From an uncultured Planctomycetales bacterium (lineage in GTDB: Bacteria; Planctomycetota; Phycisphaerae; UBA1845; JAFGLZ01): 64,000 nt of DNA. Position numbers and translations under genes: made by a program. Shown here piece after piece: positions 1 through 10,073 of this stretch. Position 1 is the stretch's first letter. The number at the start of each line of letters is the position of its first letter. Under the pieces are notes generated by a model, which was not told the origin of the DNA, did not search any database, and saw only the letters and a program-made list of their open reading frames with translations. The stretch is from positions 39,726 to 103,725 of the forward strand of contig CAZUQM010000014.1 of NCBI GenBank assembly GCA_964622545.1, written 5' to 3'.

Positions 1-2
1 GG

Positions 3-1280
3 AAGACGAACGAGACCTTCACCGCCGACATCGACATCACGCACTTCGGCCTCGAGCCGCTGCGCGACGCCGTCACCGCCTGGAAGCTCGTCGACGAGTC
101 CGGCCGCGCCGTCGCCTCGGGCAAGCTCTCGCAGCGAACGATCCACATCGGCGGCCCGACCAGGCTCGGCACCGTGACCGTCGCTCTCGGCTCGGTCAAG
201 CCGCCCTCCAAGCTCACCCTCGTCGTCGGACTTGAAGGCACGCCGTTCGAGAACGACTGGGACATCTGGGTCTTCGCCGATCGCCTCGCCACCGCCACGC
301 CCACCGACGTGCTGCTCACCGACGTGCTCGACGACGCGGCGCTCGAGCGCCTCGGCGCCGGCGGCAAGGTGCTGCTCATGCCCCCGCCCGCCTGCGTGCG
401 GACGAACGCGACCATCGGCTTCAGCAGCGTCTTCTGGAACACGGCCTGGACGCGCAACCAGCCGCCGCACACCCTCGGGATCCTCTGCGACCCCGAACAT
501 CCGGTCTTCGCCCACTTCCCGACCGACTCCCACAGCGACTGGCAGTGGTGGGAGCTGATCCACGGCTCGGCCGCCATGGTGCTCGACAAGCTGCCGCCCA
601 AGCTCCGCCCGCTCATCCAGCCCATCGACACGTGGTTCGAGAACCGCCGACTCGGCCTGCTCTTCGAGGCACGCCTGCTCGGCGGCAAGCTCATGGTGTG
701 CAGCATGGAGCTGGGCAGCGATCTCGACCGCCGCATCGTCGCCCGGCAGATGCGCCACAGCGTCCTCACGTACATGGCCGGTGAGAGCTTCGATCCGAAA
801 CACGACGTGACGCCCGACCAGGTGCGCGCGCTGCTCCGCGAGCCGACGACGCTGCAGCGGCTCGGCGCGACCATCACCCCCAGTAGCCAGCAACGCGGAC
901 ACGAGGCCAAGCTAGCCATGGACGGACGGGTCGACACGATCTGGCACACGAGCTGGGACCCGAGACCCAAAAAGCACCCGCACCATCTCATCATCGACCT
1001 GGGCAAGCCGGGCGCCGTCGCCGGCCTCGTCGTCACGCCCAGACAAGACATGACCAACGGCCGCATCGCCCAATTCGAGGTCTACGCCGGCAGCAGCGCC
1101 GAGGCGTGGGGCAAGCCCGTCGCGAAAGGCACGTGGCCCAACGACGCTCAGCCGAAGACGGTGCCCTTCGAGCCGCCGGTGCTCGCGCGGTACATCAAGC
1201 TGGTTGCCCTGTCGGAGGTGCGTGGCGGACCATGGGCTTCGCTTGCCGAGATCGACGTGGTGATAGCGCAATCGAAGTGA
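3..1280 (+). CDS. C-terminal part of a glycoside-hydrolase-like protein ending in an F5/8 type C (discoidin) domain; the 5' end lies outside the window
   Basis: Frame 3 is open from the window edge to the TGA at 1278-1280. The listed ORF 174..1280 only starts at the first in-frame GTG. The last ~140 aa (IWHTSWDP..HHLIIDLG..IAQFEVY..ARYIKLVALSE..ASLAEIDVV) fit the discoidin pattern. Codons are GC3-rich. Confidence 0.6.
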   Translation, partial: KTNETFTADIDITHFGLEPLRDAVTAWKLVDESGRAVASGKLSQRTIHIGGPTRLGTVTVALGSVKPPSKLTLVVGLEGTPFENDWDIWVFADRLATATPTDVLLTDVLDDAALERLGAGGKVLLMPPPACVRTNATIGFSSVFWNTAWTRNQPPHTLGILCDPEHPVFAHFPTDSHSDWQWWELIHGSAAMVLDKLPPKLRPLIQPIDTWFENRRLGLLFEARLLGGKLMVCSMELGSDLDRRIVARQMRHSVLTYMAGESFDPKHDVTPDQVRALLREPTTLQRLGATITPSSQQRGHEAKLAMDGRVDTIWHTSWDPRPKKHPHHLIIDLGKPGAVAGLVVTPRQDMTNGRIAQFEVYAGSSAEAWGKPVAKGTWPNDAQPKTVPFEPPVLARYIKLVALSEVRGGPWASLAEIDVVIAQSK

Positions 1281-1344
1281 ACGTGATCCCCCACGGTTGG
1301 TGGCTGAGCTGTCTGCAGAAATGTGTGACGAGTCAGCGCAACCC

Positions 1345-1443
1345 GGGTGGCGCGCCTCTTCAGAGGGTGGGCCCACCTTGTCAGGTGAGACCCGAATTCG
1401 ACCGGTGATTCGTGTCCCCACGGCTGAAGCCATGGGCCACCCA
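1345..1443 (-). repeat. intergenic repeat module C, copy 1 (core 1406-1438 in reverse orientation)
   Basis: The reverse complement reads GGCCCATGGCTTCAGCCGTGGGGACACGAATCA... It matches 25485-25518 and 13473-13505. The hairpin is CCCATGGC-TTCA-GCCGTGGG. The core starts 126 nt after a stop codon. Confidence 0.7.
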
Positions 1444-1532
1444 CATGAAGACTTCTGTCGTGGCACGGGTCCACCTTTCAAGAAAGTAGCTTAGAATCTC
1501 ATCAGCTACCACCGTCAGGAAGGAGACATATC

Positions 1533-3503
1533 ATGCGATGTCATCAGACCGGCCTGGCCGTACTAGCGGCAGCCACCTTCTTGATCCCTCCTCAACACCT
1601 TCGCGCCGCCGAGACCGTCCCCCTCTCGGCGCTCGATCTGACCAAGATGAAGGTCGGCTGGGGCAAGGCGCTCGCCGACAAGGCCATCGAGGACAAACCG
1701 ATGGCCATCGCCGGCCGGTCCTTCGAGCGAGGCGTCGGCTCGCACGCCCCCAGCGTCATGTGGGTAAAGGTCAACGACGCCAAGCGGTTCCGAGCCTGGG
1801 TCGGCGTCGACGACGAGACGAACAACAAGGGTTCCGTCTGCTTCCAGATCTACGGCGACAACAAGAAGCTCTACGACAGCGGCGTCATGAAGGGCGGCGA
1901 CAAGGCCAAGCGCGTCGATGTAGACCTCGCGGGCGCAACGTACGCGATGCTTATCGTGACGATGGCCGACGACGACAAGAACTTCGACCACGCCGACTGG
2001 GCCGAGGCCGAGTTCGTCGTCGACGGTCGGCCGCCCAAGGCCGTCGAGGCACCCAAAGAGAAGGCCGTTATCCTCACGCCCAAGCCGGGCCCGGCCCCGA
2101 GGATCAACGGCCCGAAGGTCTACGGCGCGCGACCGGGTCGACCGTTCCTCTATCGCATCCCCTGCCAGGGCGAGCGCCCCATGACGTTCGCCGTGCGAGG
2201 CCTGCCCGCCGGCCTGACCCTCGACCCGCGCACGGGCATCCTCCGCGGCACGACCCCACGCGAGCCCGGCGCCTACCGAACCACGCTCGTCGCCAAGAAC
2301 GCACGCGGCCAGTCGCAGCGACCCTTCCGCATCGTCGTCGGCGACCGTCTCGCCCTCACGCCGCCCATGGGCTGGAACAGTTGGTACATCCACTACAACC
2401 GCGTGACCGACAAGCACCTGCGCGGCGCGGCCGACGCCATGATCGCCTCCGGCATGGCCGACGTCGGCTACCAGTACGTCAACATCGACGACTGCTGGAT
2501 GAAGAGGAAGGGCGACGAGCCCTACCGCGACGACGACGGCGCCGTCCTGCCCAACGCCAAGTTCCCCGACATGAAGGCCCTGTGCGACGACATCCATGCC
2601 AAGGGCCTCAAGGCCGGCCTCTACACCTCGCCCGGCCCGTGGACCTGCGCCGGCTACGTCGGCGCCTACAAGCACGAACGGACCGACGCCGAGACGTTCG
2701 CCGAGTGGGGTTTCGACTTCCTCAAGTACGACTGGTGCAGCTACACCGGCGTGGCCAGGGGGGAGGGGCTCGAGAAATACATGAGGCCCTACCAGACGAT
2801 GGGCGACATCCTCAAAACGCTCGACCGCGACATCGTGCTGAACCTCTGCCAGTACGGCATGGCCCACGTCTGGACCTGGGGCGGCCGCGTCGGCGGCAAC
2901 TGCTGGCGGACCACCGGCGACCTCGGCCTCGAGGGCGGAGGCCGCCTGCCCGGCTTCTACCACATCGGGTTCAGCAACGCCCAACATGCCGAGCACGCCA
3001 GGCCCGGCGAGTGGAACGACCCCGACTACATCCTCATCGGCTGGGTCGGCAACGCGCGAGGCATGGGCGAGGGCAAACCCACGACCCTCACCCCGAACGA
3101 GCAGTACAGCTACATGTCCATGTGGTCGCTGATGGCCGCGCCGCTGATCTTCTCCGGCGACATGGCCAAGCTCGATGCGTTCACGCTCAACGTCTTGTGC
3201 AACCCGGAGGTCATCGACGTCAACCAGGATGAGCTGGGCGTGCAGGCGCGCATCGTCCGCCGGTCCGACACGGAATTCGTCCTGGCCAAGCCGATGGTCG
3301 ACGGCAGCCTGGCCGTCGGGCTCTTCAACCTCGGCGAAATCGAGCAGGAGTTGGCCGTCAAGTGGGCCGAGCTGAAGCTCACCGGCCCGCGCATCGCCCG
3401 CGATGTCTGGCGCCACAGGGACATCGGGCGCTACGACGGCGGCTTCATGACGAAGGTCCCGCGCCATGGCGTGGCGCTGATCCGATTCCGGGCGGCGGAG
3501 TAG
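1533..3503 (+). CDS. alpha-galactosidase, GH27 family, with an N-terminal NPCBM-like carbohydrate-binding module
   Basis: ATG 1533 is preceded by GGAAGGAGA and followed by a signal peptide. The NPCBM-like region reads LDLTKMKVGWGK..GVGSHAPS..DHADWAEAEF. The catalytic core reads PPMGWNSWY..GYQYVNIDDCWM..FLKYDWC, which is typical of GH27. Confidence 0.85.
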   Translation: MRCHQTGLAVLAAATFLIPPQHLRAAETVPLSALDLTKMKVGWGKALADKAIEDKPMAIAGRSFERGVGSHAPSVMWVKVNDAKRFRAWVGVDDETNNKGSVCFQIYGDNKKLYDSGVMKGGDKAKRVDVDLAGATYAMLIVTMADDDKNFDHADWAEAEFVVDGRPPKAVEAPKEKAVILTPKPGPAPRINGPKVYGARPGRPFLYRIPCQGERPMTFAVRGLPAGLTLDPRTGILRGTTPREPGAYRTTLVAKNARGQSQRPFRIVVGDRLALTPPMGWNSWYIHYNRVTDKHLRGAADAMIASGMADVGYQYVNIDDCWMKRKGDEPYRDDDGAVLPNAKFPDMKALCDDIHAKGLKAGLYTSPGPWTCAGYVGAYKHERTDAETFAEWGFDFLKYDWCSYTGVARGEGLEKYMRPYQTMGDILKTLDRDIVLNLCQYGMAHVWTWGGRVGGNCWRTTGDLGLEGGGRLPGFYHIGFSNAQHAEHARPGEWNDPDYILIGWVGNARGMGEGKPTTLTPNEQYSYMSMWSLMAAPLIFSGDMAKLDAFTLNVLCNPEVIDVNQDELGVQARIVRRSDTEFVLAKPMVDGSLAVGLFNLGEIEQELAVKWAELKLTGPRIARDVWRHRDIGRYDGGFMTKVPRHGVALIRFRAAE

Positions 3504-3507
3504 TCCA

Positions 3508-6500
3508 ATGATGCTTCGAGGTCTTGCGGCCCTGCTGTCATCCGCGGCCTGCCTGGCCGACGTCACCGTCGACCTGGGCACGGCCCGGCTGGCGCTCGAT
3601 GACATGGCTCGCGTCCGCTCCCTGCGGACGACCGACGGCAAGGAGCTGTCCACGCCCGGGGTCCCAGCGCTGCTGATCGTCTCCGACGGAGCCCGACGCC
3701 TGCCCACCAGGCTGACCGGGACCGACGAGGGCTTCCTCGTCGCGTTCGACGGCGGCGCGACGGCGCGCTTCGCGGTGCGCACGCAGCCCGGCATGGCCCT
3801 GTTCGAGCTGAAGGAGCTCCGCGGCGCCGCGTCCGTCGACGCCCTCCGCCTGTTCTCACTCCCCGTGCCGCGCGACGCCAAGGTCGCCTCCATCATCAAC
3901 GCCGCCTACGTCGGCGAGCACATGGCCGCCGTGATGGCGGCCGAGCCGAATGTCCGGGCCTTCTCGACGCGGTTCGCCGGCCATCGATCGGATAAGGCCC
4001 AGTGCTCGCATGCCTTCGTGCAGGTGACGGATACCACCAAGGTCGGTCGCGCCGCGGCCCGCTTCTCGGCCACCAGCCGTCGGGACGACAAGGCCGGCTG
4101 GTCGGTGCGGAGCCGGAGGTTCGACAAGCCCCTCGACCTGACCGGCTGCAAGGCCCTGCGCGTGTGGGTCCACGGCGACGGCAAGGGCGAGCATCTCAAG
4201 ATCCAGCTCCAGGACGGCCAGGGCGGCTACCGGGACAACTACATCCCCATCGACTTCAAGGGCTGGCGACACCTGATGCTCACCAACTGCCCCATCAACA
4301 CCCTCCGCTACGACCAGGTCCGCACGATCGCCTTCTACTACAACAGCCTGCCGGCTCAGACGTCCGTGACCTGCCTGATCGATCACGTCGAGGCGGTGCT
4401 CGTCCGCGACGGCAAGGAGCACGCCGTCGTGCTCGAAGGCTTCGAGCGATCCGACTCGCCGCTCTGGAACGACGTGCCCGTCACGCTTAACGCCCAGACC
4501 TACCGCGCCTACCGGCTCGAGCCCGCGCGCTTCGGCCTGCTCGTCTGCGACAAGGACGACTTCTCCAAGACGGCCGAACGGTTCGAGGCCATGGCCGGCC
4601 TGCCCAGCCCGCATCCCGGGGGAGCCTGGAGCAAGACATCACCGTGGACAAAACGCTCGTACCTTTTCATCACGAGGTTCAGCCGTCCGCAGACCGACAG
4701 GGTGCTCGAGCTGGCCAGGCGGGGCGGGTTTCACACAATCCTCATCCTGGGCGGATCATGGCACGAGTCCACCGGCCACTACCGCGTGAATCGCCGCAAC
4801 TTCCCCGACGGACTGCCGGGCCTCAAGCAAACGGTGCAACGCTTTAAGGACGGCGGCTTCAAGGTGGGCCTGCACTTCCTCGGCGCATCCATCCGTCGAC
4901 CCGATCCGTACCTGACCCCCGTGCCCGACAAGCGGCTCGTCAAGGGCGCCTCGGCCGAGCTGGCGGCCGACGTCGACGCCGAGACCGACGTCATCCCCAC
5001 CGCGACCGCCCCCAGCGGATTTCCCGCCGAGGACGGCGGCTATCGCGGCAAGGGCACCGTGCTCTGGATCGGTGACGAGCTCATCCACTACGCCGAACGG
5101 TCGATGGAGCCGCCGTACGGCTTTCGCGGATGCCGGCGAGGTCACCTCGGCACCCGCCCGTCCGCGCATCCCAAGGGCGCGCCCATCCGCCACCTCGTCC
5201 GCGCCTACGGCTATCACATGCATGACATGGACACGTCCCTGCTCGACGAGGTGGCCGACCACTTCGCCCGCGTCGCCAACGCCTGCAACGTCGACATGCT
5301 CTACTTCGACGGCTCCGAGCGACTCCAGGGCGACCATTGGTACTACAATGCCCGCCTGCACAAGGCCTTCTACGACCGGCTCGACAACAAAAACGCCTTC
5401 CTCCAGGCCAGCAGCTTCAGCCACTACTCGTGGCACCTGATGTCACGCAGCGCCTCGGCCGACGGCCACGGCGACCTCAAGGGCTACCTCGAGGCCCGCT
5501 CGCCCTGGTTCGACACGCTCGCGGACAACGTCATGCCGCTCGACATCGGCTGGTACTACGGCTACGACCCGAGCGCTACGCCCGACATGTTCGAGTACGT
5601 CCTCGCCGCCACGATCCACTACGACTGCTCGATGTCGTTCCAGGTCTCCGTCGCCGCCGCCGACCGCCACCCCTTCTCCGGCGTCATCCTGGACATGATC
5701 GCCCGCTACGAGAAGCTCCGCCTCTCAGGCCGCGTGCCCGAGGCCATACGCCGGCGACTCGGCATCGTCCCCGAGCTCGCCGGGCAGATGGAGCCGGAGG
5801 AGCGAGCCGCCAGGCTATCCAAACGTCGCGAGTACCGCCTGCTCGGCCCGCCGGGCGAGGAGGTCTTCCAACGGGTCGTCTACGCGCCGTGGACCACGAT
5901 CGCCACCGTCGCCGAAAGGGATCGGACCGTCGACGCGACGATCACCGACGGTCCCGCCCGCGTCGGAGCGCACCTCCACGCCATGTCCGGTCCATGGCCC
6001 GAGCCCGAGCCGTCCTATCGTTCGCCCGATGCGGTGATCCTGGAGGACTTCGACGACCTCGCCGGCTACCTCCGCGGCTCGAAGCCGACCGAGCCGGTCC
6101 ATGCCATCGGCCACGGCCAGGGCGGACAGACGCTCGACGGCGTGACGCAGCGGCTCGAGTCGATCGAGCAAGGGGCCCGACAGGGCAGGCGCTGCGGCCT
6201 GTACACGGCCACGAGCAAGCGGCCCACCGCCGACGGTTGGAGCGTCATCGGCAAGACCTTCGACCCGCCGCTGGATCTGTCGTGGCACAAGGGCATCGGG
6301 CTGATGATGCGTGGCGACGGCAAGGGCGGGAAGTTCAAGGTCCAGATCCGCGACACCGGCAAGGGCGTGCAGGACTACTACATCGGCAACGACGACGTCG
6401 GCTGGCGCTACCATCGCCTCACCCGACCCGCGGAGGATCGCCTCGACTATGCCCGCGTCGCCCGTCTGCTGCTCTACTACAACGGTCTGCCCGCGCGGTC

Positions 6501-6825
6501 GACGGTCTCGTGCGGCCTGGACGACATCAAGGCCCTCCGCGGTCTGAGCGAGCGAACGATTCGCGACCCGAGCGTCGTCATCGGCGGCAAGCGGCTCACG
6601 TGGCGCGGGGAGCTGTCGGTAGGGCACTATCTCTTCTTCGAGCCAAAGGGCGTCGTGACGCACTACGGGCCCGGCCTCGGCGACGGCCGGCGGTTGGCGG
6701 ACACCGAGCCGGTCGTCTTGCCTGCGGGCCACCATCGCGCGGCCTTCGGCTGCGATGGGGCCCAGCCGATGCCCGTTCGCCTCCGCGTGGTCCACTATCC
6801 GCCGGAGCGACACGCGATCCCGTAA
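3508..6825 (+). CDS. large secreted hypothetical protein (1105 aa) with two paralogous CBM-like modules flanking an unrecognised central domain
   Basis: ATG 3508 lies 5 nt after the GH27 stop. The signal peptide is MMLRGLAALLSSAACLA. GC3 bias is consistent over the full length. The internal duplication covers aa ~180-298 versus ~885-1010 (GWSV..F..PLDL..GDGKG..K.Q..D..GWR..YYN.LPA..V.C). Confidence 0.7.
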   Translation: MMLRGLAALLSSAACLADVTVDLGTARLALDDMARVRSLRTTDGKELSTPGVPALLIVSDGARRLPTRLTGTDEGFLVAFDGGATARFAVRTQPGMALFELKELRGAASVDALRLFSLPVPRDAKVASIINAAYVGEHMAAVMAAEPNVRAFSTRFAGHRSDKAQCSHAFVQVTDTTKVGRAAARFSATSRRDDKAGWSVRSRRFDKPLDLTGCKALRVWVHGDGKGEHLKIQLQDGQGGYRDNYIPIDFKGWRHLMLTNCPINTLRYDQVRTIAFYYNSLPAQTSVTCLIDHVEAVLVRDGKEHAVVLEGFERSDSPLWNDVPVTLNAQTYRAYRLEPARFGLLVCDKDDFSKTAERFEAMAGLPSPHPGGAWSKTSPWTKRSYLFITRFSRPQTDRVLELARRGGFHTILILGGSWHESTGHYRVNRRNFPDGLPGLKQTVQRFKDGGFKVGLHFLGASIRRPDPYLTPVPDKRLVKGASAELAADVDAETDVIPTATAPSGFPAEDGGYRGKGTVLWIGDELIHYAERSMEPPYGFRGCRRGHLGTRPSAHPKGAPIRHLVRAYGYHMHDMDTSLLDEVADHFARVANACNVDMLYFDGSERLQGDHWYYNARLHKAFYDRLDNKNAFLQASSFSHYSWHLMSRSASADGHGDLKGYLEARSPWFDTLADNVMPLDIGWYYGYDPSATPDMFEYVLAATIHYDCSMSFQVSVAAADRHPFSGVILDMIARYEKLRLSGRVPEAIRRRLGIVPELAGQMEPEERAARLSKRREYRLLGPPGEEVFQRVVYAPWTTIATVAERDRTVDATITDGPARVGAHLHAMSGPWPEPEPSYRSPDAVILEDFDDLAGYLRGSKPTEPVHAIGHGQGGQTLDGVTQRLESIEQGARQGRRCGLYTATSKRPTADGWSVIGKTFDPPLDLSWHKGIGLMMRGDGKGGKFKVQIRDTGKGVQDYYIGNDDVGWRYHRLTRPAEDRLDYARVARLLLYYNGLPARSTVSCGLDDIKALRGLSERTIRDPSVVIGGKRLTWRGELSVGHYLFFEPKGVVTHYGPGLGDGRRLADTEPVVLPAGHHRAAFGCDGAQPMPVRLRVVHYPPERHAIP

Positions 6826-6912
6826 CCGCACGCTCGCCGGGTAGGGGCCCCCTCCACGCTCGTCGACACGAGCCGGCTTGCCCGGCCGGTCGGCCAGATA
6901 CGGAGAGTCCTG

Positions 6913-9831
6913 ATGAAGATCGCACCGACGCGAACGTGCCACGTGCTAGCTGCTGCAACAACACTGTCAACTTGGGTTCTGATGGGCGCGGTCGAGAGGG
7001 CCGAACCCGCCGACGCACCGCCGCGTCGCGTCTATCCCCACCTGCTGAACCCGAAGGAGCATCCCGATTACGACCGCCGGCACGTCCGGCCCCCCACGTG
7101 GGAGACGTTCGACAACCGGACGCGGTTCACCTGCCTCCGCGGGTTCCAGGTCAAGGACGACCGGATCGTCGACTTCGAGGCCGAGCTCGAGCGCTTCACC
7201 CGCAAGCACCACCTCGGCGACGTCATCTGGCCGTCGTACCCGATCCTGTTCGCCAAGAACCTCGACGAGCTGGCACGGGCCGTCAAGCGCCGCGAGCTCT
7301 TCCTGTTCGACATCTGGGGCTATGTGCCCGGATCCGGTCCCGGCGGCTACTGGCAGCAGTTCACGCCGCCCGAGGGCGTCTTCGAGATGCTCGAGACCAC
7401 GCTCGGCGAGCGGTGGCTGGGCATGGACGTCGGCGAGCAGGACGGCCGATACGTCGGCGGCTACGCCCCGCAGATGATCCCGACCGGCGCCGGCCGCTTC
7501 GAGCAATACCTCAACGTCCAGCGGCATTTCGAGCGGATGTGCAACGACCTCGGCAATCGCATGTGCACGCTCGTCTCGCTGAACTTCGGCCACTACTTTC
7601 TCAAGGAGGGCGTCTACACGCTGATCGGCGCCGAGACGGCCCAGGCCCTGCCCAACAGCCAAGTCTACTACGCCTTCATCCGCGGCGCGGGCAAGCAGTA
7701 CGGCGTCCCCTGGTTCGGCAACGCCTCGATCTTCAACCGCTGGGGGTGGAAGGTCTACGGTGTCAAGGAGAAGCCCGGCATGGGACCGGGCCCGACCAAG
7801 GGTACCAGCCTGGCCTTGCTCAAGCGGCTCCTCTACAGCCACATCCTGTACAACTGTGTCTTCGTCGGTTTCGAGAACGGTTGGCTGCTCGAGGACGAGC
7901 TGACGCCCATAGGCCGCATCCAACAATCGGCCAAGCGATGGGTGGCCGAGCACGGCCAGCCCGGCGTGATGCACACGCCGATCGCCGTGATGGTCGACTT
8001 CCTCAGTGGCTGGTCCTTCCCGCGCCACCTCTACACGGGCAACGTCTACCGCGTCTGGGGCAACCTGCCCTACGAGCCGGGCGACTACCTGACCGACGGC
8101 GTGCTCGACATGCTCTACCCCCGCTACCAGGACTCCAGCTACTTCCACGACGAGACGGGCTTCCTGACGGCCACGCCCTACGGCGACGCGGCCGATTGCC
8201 TGCTCAGCGACGTGCCGGTCTGGCTGCTGCGACGGTACCCGCTCTTGATCGTCGCCGGCGAGCTCCGAGGCGGGGCTGAGATCCGCGACAAGCTGACCGC
8301 GTACGTCGAAGACGGCGGACGACTGATCATCACGGCCGGGAGCCTGGCGAACCTGCCGGGCGGGCTCTTCGGCGTCGAGGCGACCCGCGAGCCGCGGCCG
8401 ATCCCGCCCGGCCGGAGCGTGATGCTCGACGGCAAGGCGATCAAGGAGGACCGCCCCTTCGAGCTGCTGCCGTTGAGGCTGCTGCAGCCCGCCGACGTTC
8501 GCGGACGCTGCGGCAAGGTCTTGGCCGTCGTCGAGGTGCGCTCAGGTCGGGGGGCGATGACGGTCCTGGCCAGCCCCTTCGGCGTCGGCGCGGAGCGGGC
8601 CGTGACCGGTCCGATCACCAACCCGATCGACAAGCCGCTGGCCAAACCGTTCCCGCTGTTGAACCATGTCCGCGCGACGCTCGATGCCAGCATGCGCAGC
8701 ACCACGCTGTTCGAGGTGGGCCAGGGCCTCGCATGCGTCACGTGCCGCCGCGGTGAAGGCGAGTACACGCTCGGCGTGTTCAACAGCGAGCTACGGCCTC
8801 GCCCGTTCAAGATCGTCTCGCACTGTGGGCCGATCGCGTCGGTGCAGGAGTTGCCGCTCGATCAGTCAGAGAAATCGGCTGTCGGTTACATGCCCAAGGG
8901 CTTCGAGAAAGTGCCTGTAGGTGAGAGCGACACGTCGACGATCGCGGGCGGGGACGTGCGCATCTTCCGCGTTCGCATCAGCCGAGACACAACGGTACCC
9001 ATCCCACACGAGGTGCCGCCGGCTCGACCCAGGGGTCGCATCCTGCCCTTGCGATCGATTGCCTCCATCAAGCAGGAGGTCCTGGCCCGGCCGACGTTCT
9101 TCGAGCATTTCGACGGCGTGATGGTCGACTGGCGGTACGTGCATCATCGAAGCGTGGATGCCGTCCGGGCCGAGGCCGGCTGGCTCCGACGCCAGGGGCT
9201 CGGCATCGTCGTCGACCTGTCCCCCGGCCTGAACCTCTATCCCGACCTGAGGCTGCTGAACAACCTCCAGGGCGACTACGAGGCCAGCATGGCCGTCATC
9301 GACGACGTCCTGGCCAAGATGGCGCTGCTCGGCGCGCAGGACTTGGTCCTGGCCCTGCATCGACTGCCGGAGAACAACTTCACGCCGAAACAATCCTGGG
9401 CCTCATGGGAGGCCACACTCCGCGAGGTCTGCCGGTCGGCGACGAAGCAGGGGGTCACCGTGCATCTCCGCCTCTACCCGGCCAGGCCACCAAGCAACGT
9501 CGAGAGCGCCCTGGCGTTCATCGACCGCGTCAAGGCGCCCAACCTACGCCTCGCGCCGAGCACGGCCGCGTTGTCCGTCGACGACGCCAAGCGGCTCGAA
9601 GCCCGGCTGAAGGAGAGGCTGGGCCTCTGGATGGTCGGCGCGCCGGCCGACGACGTCGGCGGCCGGCGGTGGACCGTCCACGAACCGGTGGCCGGCTCGG
9701 GCGAGTCCGAACGACTCGGCAAGCTGATGTCCATCCGTCCTCAAACCGGCGTGGTGTTGGATGTGGTCTACCCGAGCCAAGATGCAGAGTACCTCGACGC
9801 CAGAGCCCTTGAGCGGCTGCCCGGAAGATAG
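6913..9831 (+). CDS. large secreted hypothetical protein (972 aa); the C-terminal part resembles a xylose-isomerase-like TIM barrel
   Basis: GGAGAG precedes ATG 6913 and an N-terminal signal-like segment follows. Codons are GC3-rich. The C-terminal ~170 aa (FEHFDGVMVDW..GLGIVVDLSPG..LGAQDLVLALHRLPEN..GVTVHLRLYP) look like a sugar-phosphate isomerase/epimerase TIM barrel. The N-terminal 700 aa are not recognisable by eye. Confidence 0.7.
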   Translation: MKIAPTRTCHVLAAATTLSTWVLMGAVERAEPADAPPRRVYPHLLNPKEHPDYDRRHVRPPTWETFDNRTRFTCLRGFQVKDDRIVDFEAELERFTRKHHLGDVIWPSYPILFAKNLDELARAVKRRELFLFDIWGYVPGSGPGGYWQQFTPPEGVFEMLETTLGERWLGMDVGEQDGRYVGGYAPQMIPTGAGRFEQYLNVQRHFERMCNDLGNRMCTLVSLNFGHYFLKEGVYTLIGAETAQALPNSQVYYAFIRGAGKQYGVPWFGNASIFNRWGWKVYGVKEKPGMGPGPTKGTSLALLKRLLYSHILYNCVFVGFENGWLLEDELTPIGRIQQSAKRWVAEHGQPGVMHTPIAVMVDFLSGWSFPRHLYTGNVYRVWGNLPYEPGDYLTDGVLDMLYPRYQDSSYFHDETGFLTATPYGDAADCLLSDVPVWLLRRYPLLIVAGELRGGAEIRDKLTAYVEDGGRLIITAGSLANLPGGLFGVEATREPRPIPPGRSVMLDGKAIKEDRPFELLPLRLLQPADVRGRCGKVLAVVEVRSGRGAMTVLASPFGVGAERAVTGPITNPIDKPLAKPFPLLNHVRATLDASMRSTTLFEVGQGLACVTCRRGEGEYTLGVFNSELRPRPFKIVSHCGPIASVQELPLDQSEKSAVGYMPKGFEKVPVGESDTSTIAGGDVRIFRVRISRDTTVPIPHEVPPARPRGRILPLRSIASIKQEVLARPTFFEHFDGVMVDWRYVHHRSVDAVRAEAGWLRRQGLGIVVDLSPGLNLYPDLRLLNNLQGDYEASMAVIDDVLAKMALLGAQDLVLALHRLPENNFTPKQSWASWEATLREVCRSATKQGVTVHLRLYPARPPSNVESALAFIDRVKAPNLRLAPSTAALSVDDAKRLEARLKERLGLWMVGAPADDVGGRRWTVHEPVAGSGESERLGKLMSIRPQTGVVLDVVYPSQDAEYLDARALERLPGR

Positions 9832-10073
9832 GCCGTGCGAGCCGTCACCGACGGCGACCGCCGCAGCGCGGATGGTGCCCATGGATGACTGAAGCGCGGC
9901 CCGTCATCACAGTGTGCCGCCGGCGGCTCGTCCGCCCCTGGTCTGTCAGTGGAGTCTGGCTTACCATAGCCATGCGTCACCACATCCGACGGGCGGCTCG
10001 CTGATCGGCGTCGGGCTTCGACCCCGGCGATCTCGGTCCGACGAAGGCCGCCCCCTCGCGAAGGAGAACCGTC

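Noticed and set aside
1563-3899. A very long antisense or off-frame ORF (778 aa). The same class includes 5337..8279 (+), 9914..12055 (+), 36259..37977 (-), 42422..43843 (-), 50188..52794 (-), 59833..61623 (-) and 61809..63158 (-).
   Set aside because: These ORFs overlap genes with clear family motifs. Their translations are low-complexity Arg/Pro/Gly/Ala strings with no motifs. This is the expected stop-codon-poor artefact of a GC-rich genome.
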